Origin: Malacoraja senta
Lineage: Eukaryota
Length of the DNA stretch: 64,000 nucleotides
Reading direction: 5' to 3'
NCBI GenBank assembly: GCA_038087875.1
Contig: CM075987.1
Span: 21,638,001 to 21,702,000 of the forward strand
In this document: piece after piece, positions 36,073 to 47,389 of the stretch
Layout of the letters: each line of letters starts with the position of its first letter
Position numbering within the stretch: position 1 is the stretch's first letter
Position numbers and translations under genes: made by a program
The notes under the pieces: generated by a model
The model's input: the letters and a program-made list of their open reading frames with translations, nothing else
Databases searched by the model: none
What the model was told of the DNA's origin: nothing

Positions 36073-37380
36073 GTGAAGAACTGCATACAAAAATACAAAT
36101 AAAAACATCCATCAGGTGCTAGAAAACTAAAATAAATACAAAGGGAAAGAGAAACCAAGCTAACATTTTGGATTGAAGATGTAGTCTTACCTTCTGTACA
36201 TTTTCAGAATTTTTTTCATGTTAGTGCAGAGCTGCATTTTTCTAAGTGCTTAGGAGAGACCTCTCTTCTTGGAATTGTAAAATAAATCCTATAATTTGGT
36301 GAGGATATTGGTGAAGGGAAGGCTTGATGCATGTAAAAAACAGGGATGCAGTCTTCGAGCAATGAGATGTCATTTTGTATTTTAGGGGAAGAGGGAGAGA
36401 GAAAGGTTTAAAACCTATTGCCACTTTGACATCAATTCCCACAGTCATTTTACAGAATCTGAAAAAAACAACCAGAGGAAATAATGTTATGTTTGTACAC
36501 AGGCCTTTTTCACCACTTATTCCACTTATTTTCCCTGTTCTTTACACTGCCCCATGGACTCTCTGCAAGTAGAATGCATGAATAAAACAAATAAAAAAGG
36601 GATGATCTTTAAGTTTCCACCCTTTGTGCATGTGCTGTGGAATATAATGGGAATTGCCTGAATGAAAAGGTTCTGCCCCATGAATTTACTTTTTATGGAC
36701 TCCGTGTTTTCAAAAGGATTTACACAAGGAGAATGCTCTACTGTAATTATATTTTAGTCACCGTTTTCTCCAGTGATAAATTTCATTAATAAAATTTGTT
36801 CGACGTATACCAGTGCATTATAACTGTCACAGATCATGAAGCGTGATTTTGTTAAGTGCAAAATCAATGCACTCAGCATTGTCTCATCCCACTTAAAAGT
36901 TGTTTGTATATTTTGGTACAAGCAGCCTAAGATTATATGCAAGTGCTAGCATCTCGGTGTGATAAGCCAGGATGCTCTTAATATGTGGCCTTCACCACGA
37001 AGATCTAGCAGTGCATCAAGCTGCACTACATTTCCTAGCACAATGTTCTGGACCTTGACGTATACCTCCCGTTAGCCCATAGTCATGGATAGCTCTTTGG
37101 TCTAGCGCCAGCTTGTTTCAGGGAGACCAAATAGATTCTTTCACTGAATCTCTGGGTATTCCAGCAGTAGCTGATGTTTGTGTCGGCGTGATTCCTTCGG
37201 AACAGCTTGTGGCGCATAAGATTCCAATGTTACAAAGTTGTCAGGATGAACACTGACAAAAAACAGTGCATCTCTTTCTAAATCTTATTTGTCAATGGAA
37301 ATTCCCGAAGACGTGACAGGTTCTTCCCCACCAGAGCTGTGATATTGTGACTGCTGATTTGCTTGAAGGATCTGACTTTA

Positions 37381-38114
37381 GGGCCTGTCACACTGCGAGT
37401 TTAGAAGAGGTCACTGGAACTCTCCTTCGTGCTCGAGGGAAGTTCCCGCATACTCGCGGCATCAGTTTGGTCGAGGAAACATTTTCAGCAGTGTAAATTG
37501 GTCGGCATGATTCTTTTGATCTCATAGTGCAGTGGAGTGGGGCCGCTAGGCAGTCGAGGTAGCCGGAGGCAATCCCCTATGCTGACTGGGCATTTTAATT
37601 GGCTCATTGGAGTTTTCAGAACCAAGGAAAACCGACCAGTAATGTTAAATGCCCGCTAAACTTTATTAAAAGTTGTCTGGCTTCTTAAAAGTGTTTCCAC
37701 TCCTTTTCTCCCCCCCCCCCTCTCTCCCCTTCTATCCCCCTCTCTCCCCTTCTATCCCCCTCTCTCCCCTTCTATCCCCTCTCCCCCCTTCTATCCCCCT
37801 CTCCACCCCCCCCCCCCGCACGCTCCAAAGGACTTACCGTACACTGTTGCAGCTGTCTTTTATCTTCCTGTTCATCGCGGGTGTAAATTTCAAACAGCGC
37901 TCCCCCGCTTTCCCTGACCCCCGCCTTTGCGGTGTGTGTGTGTTCGTTCGTGTGTCTGTTCGTTCATGTGTGTGTGTTCGTTCGTGTTCTCTGTCGATCC
38001 AGCTCGCAGTTTTATTGCTGACGCTAGATCCAACTGGAGGTTTTTCAGGCGAGTGCCCTCCGAGCTTGGAGGTGGAAGACAGTCGCTGAAAAGTTGGGTT
38101 AGTGGGACAGGCCC
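37381..38114. mobile_element. PIF/Harbinger-like MITE
   Basis: TIRs GGGCCTGTCACACT / rc GGGCCTGTCCCACT; flanks TTA and TTT (degenerate TWA TSD); internal CT and GTTC microsatellites. Confidence 0.7.
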
Positions 38115-38866
38115 TTTTCTCATCACCAGTCATGCTGCACCCTGGTACTTGTTTGAGCATTCTCGTTATGTCATGTGTTGTCAAATGGCTGACACGCACT
38201 CAATCAGATCCGGTATCTTTGTTCATAGTGCCCTGAGGACATTGCATGAAGCCTTACTGATTTGTATACAAAGGTGTTTCTTTGTACAAACTTGTTATCA
38301 AGGTCGTGTTGCACAATTCAAAAACCCAGAAGCAATGCACATTGCTTTAAGTTGAAAGGCCGTCAATGGTATCAGTGGAAGGATCCTGTTTCCTTGTGTG
38401 CTGGATAATTCTATGGTCTATTTTAAATAACTTCCATTAGGTATCTGTGGGCTGATTTTTCTAGTTTAGTTATTTTAGATTGACTTAATGCTGTATTTAT
38501 AATATTTTAAAGAACTGGTATTTTGTTTTTTTGTACCTTTGTTGTAAAAACAAAGTAGTCGTATAATGCTGAAACATTTCAGCTCTGCAGCCAAAAACCT
38601 TAATTAAACTGCCTTCATTGTGTGTCATCATTTGTTGCCTTAACGGGGGACACATTTGTGCTGCCAGAAAATAAATTTGGTCTTTCATAGCAATTTAGAA
38701 AAAAAAATATTCGGTACAGCATTATAAATGCCTCTTTACAAAGGGAGGAAAGATTTAAGCAGGGCAGTCATCAGGATGAATTTTGATAGCATAAGGAATG
38801 CATTTTGTTTGGCCATGTGAATCGATCTGTGTTTGATCTGACCCCATGTGGTGTATTCATTTGCAG

Positions 38867-38966
38867 GGAAATTTATGCACAGTTTTTGAAGGAGATGATT
38901 ATTCAGCCTGGCATTGCCAAGGCAAATCTGGGCCTCTTCCGGGAGGATGTCACATTGGAAGACCAC
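38867..38966 (+). CDS. TBC1D13: TBC1D13 exon 5 (EIYAQFLKEMIIQPGIAKANLGLFREDVTLEDH)
   Basis: 100 nt, AG/GT bounded. Confidence 0.95.
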
Positions 38967-41040
38967 GTGAGTCTCAATTTGCTTTCTTTCTTGACGGGAA
39001 AGAACTTGCAATGGTCAATGAATTTTAGATGTTGACTACTATATCATCTTGTTTGTTTAAGATTGGCGGTGACCTCTGGTGCTGTGTAAATAGGTTTCCT
39101 CTGGGAAATCTGGTTTCCTCCCACATCCCAAAGACATGTGGGTTTGTAGGTTAATTGGCCCTCGTGTCTGGGTAGCATAGAACTAGTGTGCACGGATGAT
39201 CGATAGTTGGTGTGGACTTGGTGGGCCAAATGGCCTGTTTCCATGCTACACCTTTCAATCAATAAATACAACATTTCAATGCCAGGAGTAGAGCATTAGA
39301 AGTGGCATAGTGACTTCTGCATGACTGCAATGATCTTGGTTTATAGAGTCTTCCAGTATTTTTTTTTTAAAACAGGCCATTTGGCCCACCCATGTTGACT
39401 CATTTGTATTAATCCAATCTTCCTGCACTTGGCCTGTAGCCTTCAATGCCAGTGTGATTCAAGTGCTTGTGTAGTACTGTTTAAATGCTCTCAGTTACTC
39501 TGTTTCCATTACTCTCTCTGGCATTCCAGGTGCTCACTACTTTGTGGATGTAAAAGATCCTCCTCGGATCCCCTCTACATCTCTTGCCCCTTGCCCTAAG
39601 TCCATGTCTTCTAGTTGTATTCACCTTTAAGAGGAAAGGTTTCCTGAAGCCTACCCTTACACCTCTCAATTTTATATACCTTAATCATGTCTGCACAAAT
39701 GTTCCATCCCTGGCAGCTTATTGATCAATGGTTTCTGCATATTCTTCAGCTTTATCACATCTTTTCAATAGTGTAGTGACTAGAACTACATGCAGTAGTT
39801 TGAGGTCTGATCACCGTTTAAAGTTGGAGCATAAACTCATCCTGATCTTGGATGCTTCCTGTAGAATTTGCAAGTTCTCCCTGAGACCATGTGAATTTCT
39901 TCCAGGTGCTCCAACATCCTTTCACACCCTAAATATGTGCTGGTAGTTAATTGCTAAGTGTAAATTGCCCTTGGTATAGGTGTGTGGGCAAGAGAGAGAG
40001 AAATAAATGGGAGCATAAATGTCGACGCAGTGGCGCAGCTAATAGAACTGCTGCCTCTTGGCGCCAGAGACCCAGGTTCGGTCAGAGACCCCGGTGCTGT
40101 CTGTGTAGGGTTTGCGCATTCTCCCCACCACCGCTTGGGTTTCCTCCCACATCCCAAGGATGTGTGGGTGTTTAGACTAATTGGCCTTTGGAGTGTAAGG
40201 AGAGAAACCAAAAGTAGGAGAACATAGAACTAGTGTCAAGGGAAGATCAATGGTTGCCGTGGACTCAATAGGTCGAAGATCCTGTTTTCTTGTACCTTTC
40301 AAATGATCATTCGAAGAGGCCTGATGGTAATGCTGTGAGAGCTGGCAAAGATTTAGTGGGTTGAATGGCCTCCCATATTGTGAGAAAACATTACATGAGA
40401 AATTCAGCTGGTGGTTTCTGCTGTTGTTGGTCGGATAACTATTTGTGTTAAAATTATGCTTTACATCTTTAAGTATTTTTTACACATTTCAGTGAAAGAC
40501 AGAAATAGACAAACAAGAAAGGAAACAATACAATGAAGACGACCAAATCTTTACTATGAGCCTCCATTATATATTTAACATTCATTGTCTCCTGGTCCGC
40601 CAATATCTTATTACTTAGAAATCTTATATTTGTTTTCAAATGGTTCTCGGACTTCCCTCCTGCTCTGTAACATCAAACGTTTTCAATCCTGGGCTCTTGC
40701 ACACCCTTTTTTTGTGTTTTTTTGCTCCACCATGTGCTAATGTTCTAGAATTTCTTCTCTAAATTGCTGTCTGCCCTTGTTAGATGTACTTTTAAACCAG
40801 TCTGTGGCCAAGTTGTTGATCATCTGTTCTACTACATTCCAATGTAGTTTAGAGTTAAATTTTGTTTGATAATCTTTCGAATGAAGGGTCTTGGTGTGTT
40901 TTACAATGACAAAGGTTGCTGTGTAACTACAAGTTGTCCTTGCCGACAAATATAATTTTGCTTCTAAAAAATATGGTTCCATTTCCAGTAGGGTTTCCTT
41001 TTTACATATTGCAACAGAAATTGTTCTTATCCTAAATGTG

Positions 41041-41263
41041 TAAGAAAGAACTGCAGATGCTGGTTTAAATCGAAGGTAGACACAAAATGCTGGAGTAACT
41101 CAGCAGAACAGGCAGCATCTCTGGAGAGATGGAATGGGTGACGTTTCGGGTTGAAACCCTTCTTCAGTCTGAAGAAGGGTCTCGACCCGAAATGTCACTC
41201 GTTCCTTCTCTCCAGAGATGTTGCCTGTCTTGCTGAATTACTCCAGCATTTTGTGTCTACCTT
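41041..41263. repeat. Palindromic Penelope-terminal-repeat-derived element
   Basis: Two inverted ~95-bp arms centred on CTTCTTCAG-T-CTGAAGAAG. Related copies at ~270-390, 10670-10800, 11440-11610, 16600-16695, 21090-21265, 30460-30570, 31100-31280 and 61570-62270. Confidence 0.75.
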
Positions 41264-41300
41264 TGTTCTTATCCCATTTCTTTATTTCTTTTCTGAACAG

Positions 41301-41383
41301 CCCTTGAATCCTAACCCTGATAGTCGATGGAACACTTACTTCAAAGACAATGAGGTTCTCCTGCAGATTGACAAAGATGTCCG
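41301..41383 (+). CDS. TBC1D13: TBC1D13 exon 6 (PLNPNPDSRWNTYFKDNEVLLQIDKDVR)
   Basis: 83 nt; IxxDxxR arginine-finger motif of the TBC Rab-GAP domain. Confidence 0.96.
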
Positions 41384-41553
41384 GTAAGAAATGAAAGACT
41401 CTATACTGAAAAGGCATATTTGGTTCATTGGGATAATCAGGAGATGAAAGCTCGGGGAGATTAGAAAATAACTTTTTGTATTTTAAACTGAAGTGACACA
41501 TTTCTGCTTTTTAAACTCTTTCTAATGCACTCCACCTAATTTCTCTCTTCCAG

Positions 41554-41713
41554 GCGACTGTATCCAGACATGGCATTTTTCCAGCGGCCCACTGACTATC
41601 CATGCCTTCTGATTATGGATCCCCAAAATGAGTTTGAAACACTTCGCAGGCGGGTCGAGCAAACCACTTTGAAATCCCAGACAGTTGCACATAATCGGAG
41701 CGGTGTTACAAAT
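41554..41713 (+). CDS. TBC1D13: TBC1D13 exon 7 (RLYPDMAFFQRPTDYPC...SGVTN)
   Basis: 160 nt, AG/GT bounded. Confidence 0.96.
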
Positions 41714-42216
41714 GTAAGTTCTGCACAGCGGCATCTTTCTTATACCTTTAATAACCGATTCAGTCTGGCAAGGACTTGCATTTGTATCATCTAATTTTTG
41801 CTCGGGTTAATCTTGTTGGCATTTTCCCCTCAGTGGTCAATCAAAAAGATTCGTAATCTTTGTTGATAACTTGTCTCATTGATTAAAGTTTCGTCTTTCT
41901 GCATTAAATTGTACCATTGTGTTTTAAGAGCATTGTGTTTAACTACCATTCAATGAATTTAAATTAATCTATCCTGTACATTGCGATGATAAAATGCTCA
42001 CAGATATGATGGCGATATTTTAGAGGCTTTAGATAAGCATATTCAGAGGATGGAGGGATATGGATCACATGCAGACAGAAGAGATTAGTTTGACATGGCA
42101 TCATGTTCAGCAAGGACATTACGGGCCGGAGGGCCTATTCCTGTGCTGTTTTACGTTCAATGTTAACCAGCTTTGATTTCCAGTTGCATCCTTCACTTTT
42201 CTCCCTCTTTCATTAG

Positions 42217-42418
42217 GTTTGCTCCCCTCGCAAAACAACCTCGGCCAATGAATATGAAGTGCTCCCCAACGGCTGTGAAGCTCACTGGGAGGTGGTCGAG
42301 AGGATCCTCTTTATTTATGCCAAGCTGAACCCAGGAATCGCTTATGTGCAGGGAATGAATGAGATTGTGGGTCCAATTTACTATACCTTTGCTACAGATC
42401 CTAACACTGAGTGGAAAG
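42217..42418 (+). CDS. TBC1D13: TBC1D13 exon 8 (VCSPRKTTSANEYEVLPNGCEAHWEVVERILFIYAKLNPGIAYVQGMNE...)
   Basis: 202 nt; YxQ glutamine-finger motif. Confidence 0.96.
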
Positions 42419-44257
42419 GTGAGGCTCTAAAAGTTCTGTTGTAGAAATACTAGAAACAAGATTAATGAATGATATATAATATCAACAATACAAGATTAAT
42501 GAATGCGATATAATTCTGACATCGTGCTCTCCCTACAATCCCATTCCTTAAGTGGTATTCAACCATTTTCCATCACCTTTGTTGGATGGGGCAACAATTG
42601 GATGGGGTTATTCTTGACTACAACGAATTTGTCACAGAAAGATGTCCTTTGAACCAACTCGCATATTGCAATCTTTGTAGGGGATAATAAATACAAATAC
42701 CAGTATTCATACAACTCCTTGAGCCTGCTTCACTTGTGTCAGATCCACTTTTTCTATTCTTTCTCAATAACTATCGATTCCATCAGTATCTAAGTCTCTA
42801 TTATCCCAGCCTTGAATATATTGTGACTAAGCATTCACAGCCCATTGGTAGTAGAGAATTCCAAAAATTCCCAACGCACTGTGTGGAAATTCTTTCTCCG
42901 TTCTGGACTATCATCTGCTTTTCCTCATTCTCTATTAAAAACTGGTCTTAGAACTCACTCTGTTAGAGTTGCCAAACATTTTGTGTATTTCTGAGATCCC
43001 TTTTCATTTATGTGTAAACATGGAGGATAAGCCGCTTCTACTTTCTCCTGATAAGAAAGTCCTCTCATCCCAGAAATAAAAGGGGGTTTTCTGTATAACT
43101 TTCTTTCAGTATGTCTTACCATTAAATGTTTATCCATCTTTCCCTGAAAGGACATCTGAAATATTTTCATCAGCAATCCCAAATAGTAATGCAATCCATA
43201 TTATTATTATAACTGTAAGACATTTTAGAATTATGGCTATTGATTTAAAAAAATCATTCCAAAGTTTGACAATGTGTATTTGTAATCTACTTATCCAAAT
43301 AATGCTTTGTAACTGACCTTGTCCTTCCTGATCATACGTACTTCCAATCTGGGTCATTGGACATTTATCAGTTCAAGAGGCATGAGTGGTTTTATCATTT
43401 ATCCTGGGGACGGGAGGCCTGGTGACAATTGGAGTACCCATAACTTCGTAACTCAGCACTGACTTTCAGTCAAAGGTAGTCGTTCTCAGTCTGTGTGACT
43501 GCAGGTGCCATCAAATGATGAAGGGTTTTCCATCTCCTTGCTGTTTTGAAGAGTACAGCAGCTGTCTGTCCTTTCATCTTTTATTTTTTATTTTAGTTAG
43601 TTAAGTGTTTTGTTTGGAGGTCTAGACTTCTTTGTGGGGGGGGGGGGAGGGGGAAACTACCCGACTATGGGTGAACTGGGGTTGGGGACTGGACTTTGCG
43701 CCTTCCCTCATGGTGGGAGCCATTGTGGGGGGATGTCCTTTGTGTTAAGACACTCTTGGTGTTATGTCTGTATTCTCTTCTTTTGTGTGCTGCATAATGG
43801 CAAGAAGCATTTCACTTCACTACACCTGGGTGTATCTGAATGTGACTAATAAAAATACTTTACTTTACTTTACATACAACTCATGAAACACTTCAGCTTT
43901 AGGATTTTAATTCTAGATTTCAAATTCCTCCCAGAGTTTCCAGTCTATGTAATATCTTCCAGCTGTACAACAACCATAAGCTATGACATTATCATCCCCA
44001 AATTTCTCTGCCATTCTATCTCCCTTAAAATACTCCTGAAAACTGACTAAATATTTTGCCATTTGCCTTCCTATTTAATAATGAGGCTTGGTGTTAGATT
44101 CTGACTGTTAAAACACATTTTGCAATGTCAAGGCCATAACATAAATCACAAATTATTTCAATGTTAGTATTTTTCTTTCCAGATAGAAATTTGGGGGGGG
44201 GGGGAGAAAGGAATTCTGAATATTTTACACTTTTTCTTGTTTCCCTGAATTATACAG

Positions 44258-44421
44258 AACACGCAGAAGCAGACACATTTTTTTGCTTCACGAACCTGAT
44301 GTCAGAAATCAGGGACAATTTCATCAAGAGCCTAGATGACTCGCAGTGTGGGATCACATACAAAATGGAGAACGTTTACTCTACACTGAAGGAGAAAGAC
44401 ATGGATCTGTATCTTAAATTG
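44258..44421 (+). CDS. TBC1D13: TBC1D13 exon 9 (HAEADTFFCFTNLMSEIRDNF...LYLKL)
   Basis: 164 nt, AG/GT bounded. Confidence 0.96.
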
Positions 44422-45583
44422 GTATGAAGTGATGTTTTAGATTTTAGTTATCGAGATACAGCGCGGTAACGCCACGTCGGACCACAGAGTCCGCTCTGAC
44501 CATCAATCCCCGCGCACTTATACTATGTTACACACATTAGGGACAATTTACAATTATACCAAGCCAATTAAACACAAATCTGTACGTCATTGGAGTGTGG
44601 GAGGAAACCAGAGATCTCGGTGAAAACCTGCGCAGGTCACGGGGAGAATGTACTAACTCCATACAAATGAGCACCTGTAGTCAGGATCTGATCCGGGTCT
44701 CTGGTGCTGCAAGGCAGCAACTCTACCACTGTGCCACCCACTAATTGTATTAACTAATTGTATCAAAGGTGTATTGAGTTGAATAAGATTGAACAGTGAT
44801 GAGTGTTTCAAATCCATTCAACCTTTTGCTCACTGACAATAGCAATTGAAATGACAAGGCCTAGATTTTAATGTTTGTGATCAAACTCTTTGATAGTCTT
44901 GTTCCTCTATAAACTCTTCCAACCCACCGATTCTACGCTCTCACTTCCAGAGATTTCTGCACTCTTCTGGGTACATTACTCATTTATTTCACTCAACCAT
45001 TGGCAGACTTGCATTCAGCCATCTAAGCCAAAGCCCTGGAATTCTCTCCTTAAATCCATTGCCACTCCTCCTTAAAACACCTAAGTTTACCAAGCTCATA
45101 GTTAGTACTAGATAGTTGTAATCGGATGTAAAACTTGTATTTGATAACTGTCCTTGGTATACTTTTCCGGGTATTTATTAAGCTCAATTCATGCATCGGA
45201 TGTGGGTTCCATCAATGACCCAGTTTTTGTGTTGGATTCTACAAGCTTGAACCCATCTTTAGGCTTATGCACCAATTCAGTACAGGGGAAATGACAAACT
45301 GTTAGGATGACATATCTTTTAGTATATTGTGCATAATATTGATTATGCTGAAGGAATATTGTAATAATTGGCAGGTGAGATAATTGGCACAAATGTAATT
45401 AAAGGGAAGCTTGACAAATACACAAAGTGGCAGAAGATCTTACTGATGACACTGAGCTGCGTGGGAGGAAGCCTTGAGGGAGCATTAATGCCGTGGAAAT
45501 GTAATGGCCTGTATTTGCACTTTAAATACTATACAATAACATTTATGTAATTCAGGCCATTGCTTGACATGTTTACATTCCAG

Positions 45584-45744
45584 CAAGAACAGAATATCAA
45601 GCCACAATTTTTTGCCTTTCGCTGGCTCACACTGCTGCTGTCTCAGGAGTTCCTTCTTCCTGACGTTATCCGAATATGGGATTCCCTCTTTTCTGATGTC
45701 GACAGATTTGATTTCCTCATCCTTGTCTGCTGTGCCATGTTGAT
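45584..45744 (+). CDS. TBC1D13: TBC1D13 exon 10 (QEQNIKPQFFAFRWLTLLLSQEF...CCAML)
   Basis: 161 nt, AG/GT bounded. Confidence 0.96.
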
Positions 45745-47331
45745 GTAAGTTGCAAAATCCATCATTTTTCTGATGTGGGAGAGCTGTTGCGCCCTTTCAA
45801 AGATGCTTTCTTTTCAATTTGTTTTTAATGTGAGGCTAGCCAAGGCTGTCTGACAGTCAGGTTCATTGAAATTGCCTGGTCTGTTTATTTGGAAGCTTCT
45901 TCATGTCGCCTGCTGTGGAACCAGAGGTGGTCGGAAAAGGTTTTTGCACAAAGTATTGTGTGCCCCAAACATGCTGCCAGAAGTAGTGGTGGAGGTAGAC
46001 ATGATAGTGGCAATTAAGAGGCTTTTGGATAGGCACATGGATATGCAGGGAATGGAGGGATTTGGATCGTGTGTGGACAAAAGAGATTAGTTTAACTTGC
46101 ATCATGTTCAACACGGACATTGTGGGCCAATGAGCCTGATTGTATGCTGTACTGTTCAGTGTTCCAACAGGTTATCAGAGCATTAGAGTAATCCATTTAA
46201 CTAATTTGTACATGGCTGATACTTTTTAACAAATGTTTTATTTTTAAGAGCAGCTCTCAGCATCTTTCACCCCTTGTTCCTAAGCCAGTTCTTTGAAAGT
46301 TCTATCTAATTTGTCTCATTACTCTTGGTCCATACATAGATCTTTGAGAATTTACCTTTTTCAAGTATTTCTGAAGCTTAATTCATGCATCGGATGTGGG
46401 TACTATCAATATGATCTGGAATGGAACTTGGTATTGAAAATGGACTGCTTTGATGTAAATGGTGTTGAACATTTCAGTTGTGGAGCCCACCTTTAGGTTT
46501 ATGCACCAATTCAGTACTGGGGAAATGCCAAACTGTTAGAATGGCCTTTCTTTTGGGTGCACTGAACCCCACCTATCCTTATAGCATTATTTCAAGAGCA
46601 GTGGAGCAGGGTTTATTTTCCGGTTACCCTGGGCATTATTTATCTTTCAGCTAATATGACCGGAACAATTTACGTGGTCATTATCTTATTTCTATTCATG
46701 AAATCTAGCTTTGTTCAAATTAATCTTCATGTTTCCTACATTGTTAACAGTGACCAATTCTTTATTGAGTGTAAAATATTTGTGATGTTCTGAAGTTGTG
46801 AAAGAAATGTGCATTTTTAATTGCTATTATGAATGAGAAACGAAAAATAAACCTAAGTGCGATCAGGGAATCTGCAAATCAAATAAATGTATTGAACACA
46901 TTTCCTTTGGTAAAATTGAAAGAGTGCAGGGTGTCCTGTCAAATATGAACGTATTTGAAATAGAATGTACATTCCTGTCGTACCTCACTGTCAAGTTGGA
47001 AAGATTGTAATTAAGTGCAATCCTGGAGTACTAAAACTACACGATTTCTTGCAAAATAAAAGCGGGATTCAGTAAGTTGGAAGTGCAAATTACCTCGCCA
47101 ACCAAGCAAGGTTAAAACTTACCCGCTTGTACAGCTGATTTGAAACTTTACAAATTTTTTTTTAAAGTTGATGCTGGAATACAACTAAATAAATTTATTT
47201 GAGCAGATTTAAATAACTTCAGACATTATCACGATAGTTTTGCCTCACGGACTGTGAAAGGCCACCTATATCAAGATTTTTTTAAATTTAATTATTGCAT
47301 GTTAGTGAAAGCTGTTGTGCTTCTCTTGCAG

Positions 47332-47389
47332 TTTAATTCGGGATCAGTTGCTAGTTGGAGACTTCACAATAAACATGAGATTGCTACAG
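47332..47389 (+). CDS. TBC1D13: TBC1D13 exon 11 (LIRDQLLVGDFTINMRLLQ)
   Basis: 58 nt, AG/GT bounded. Confidence 0.94.
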
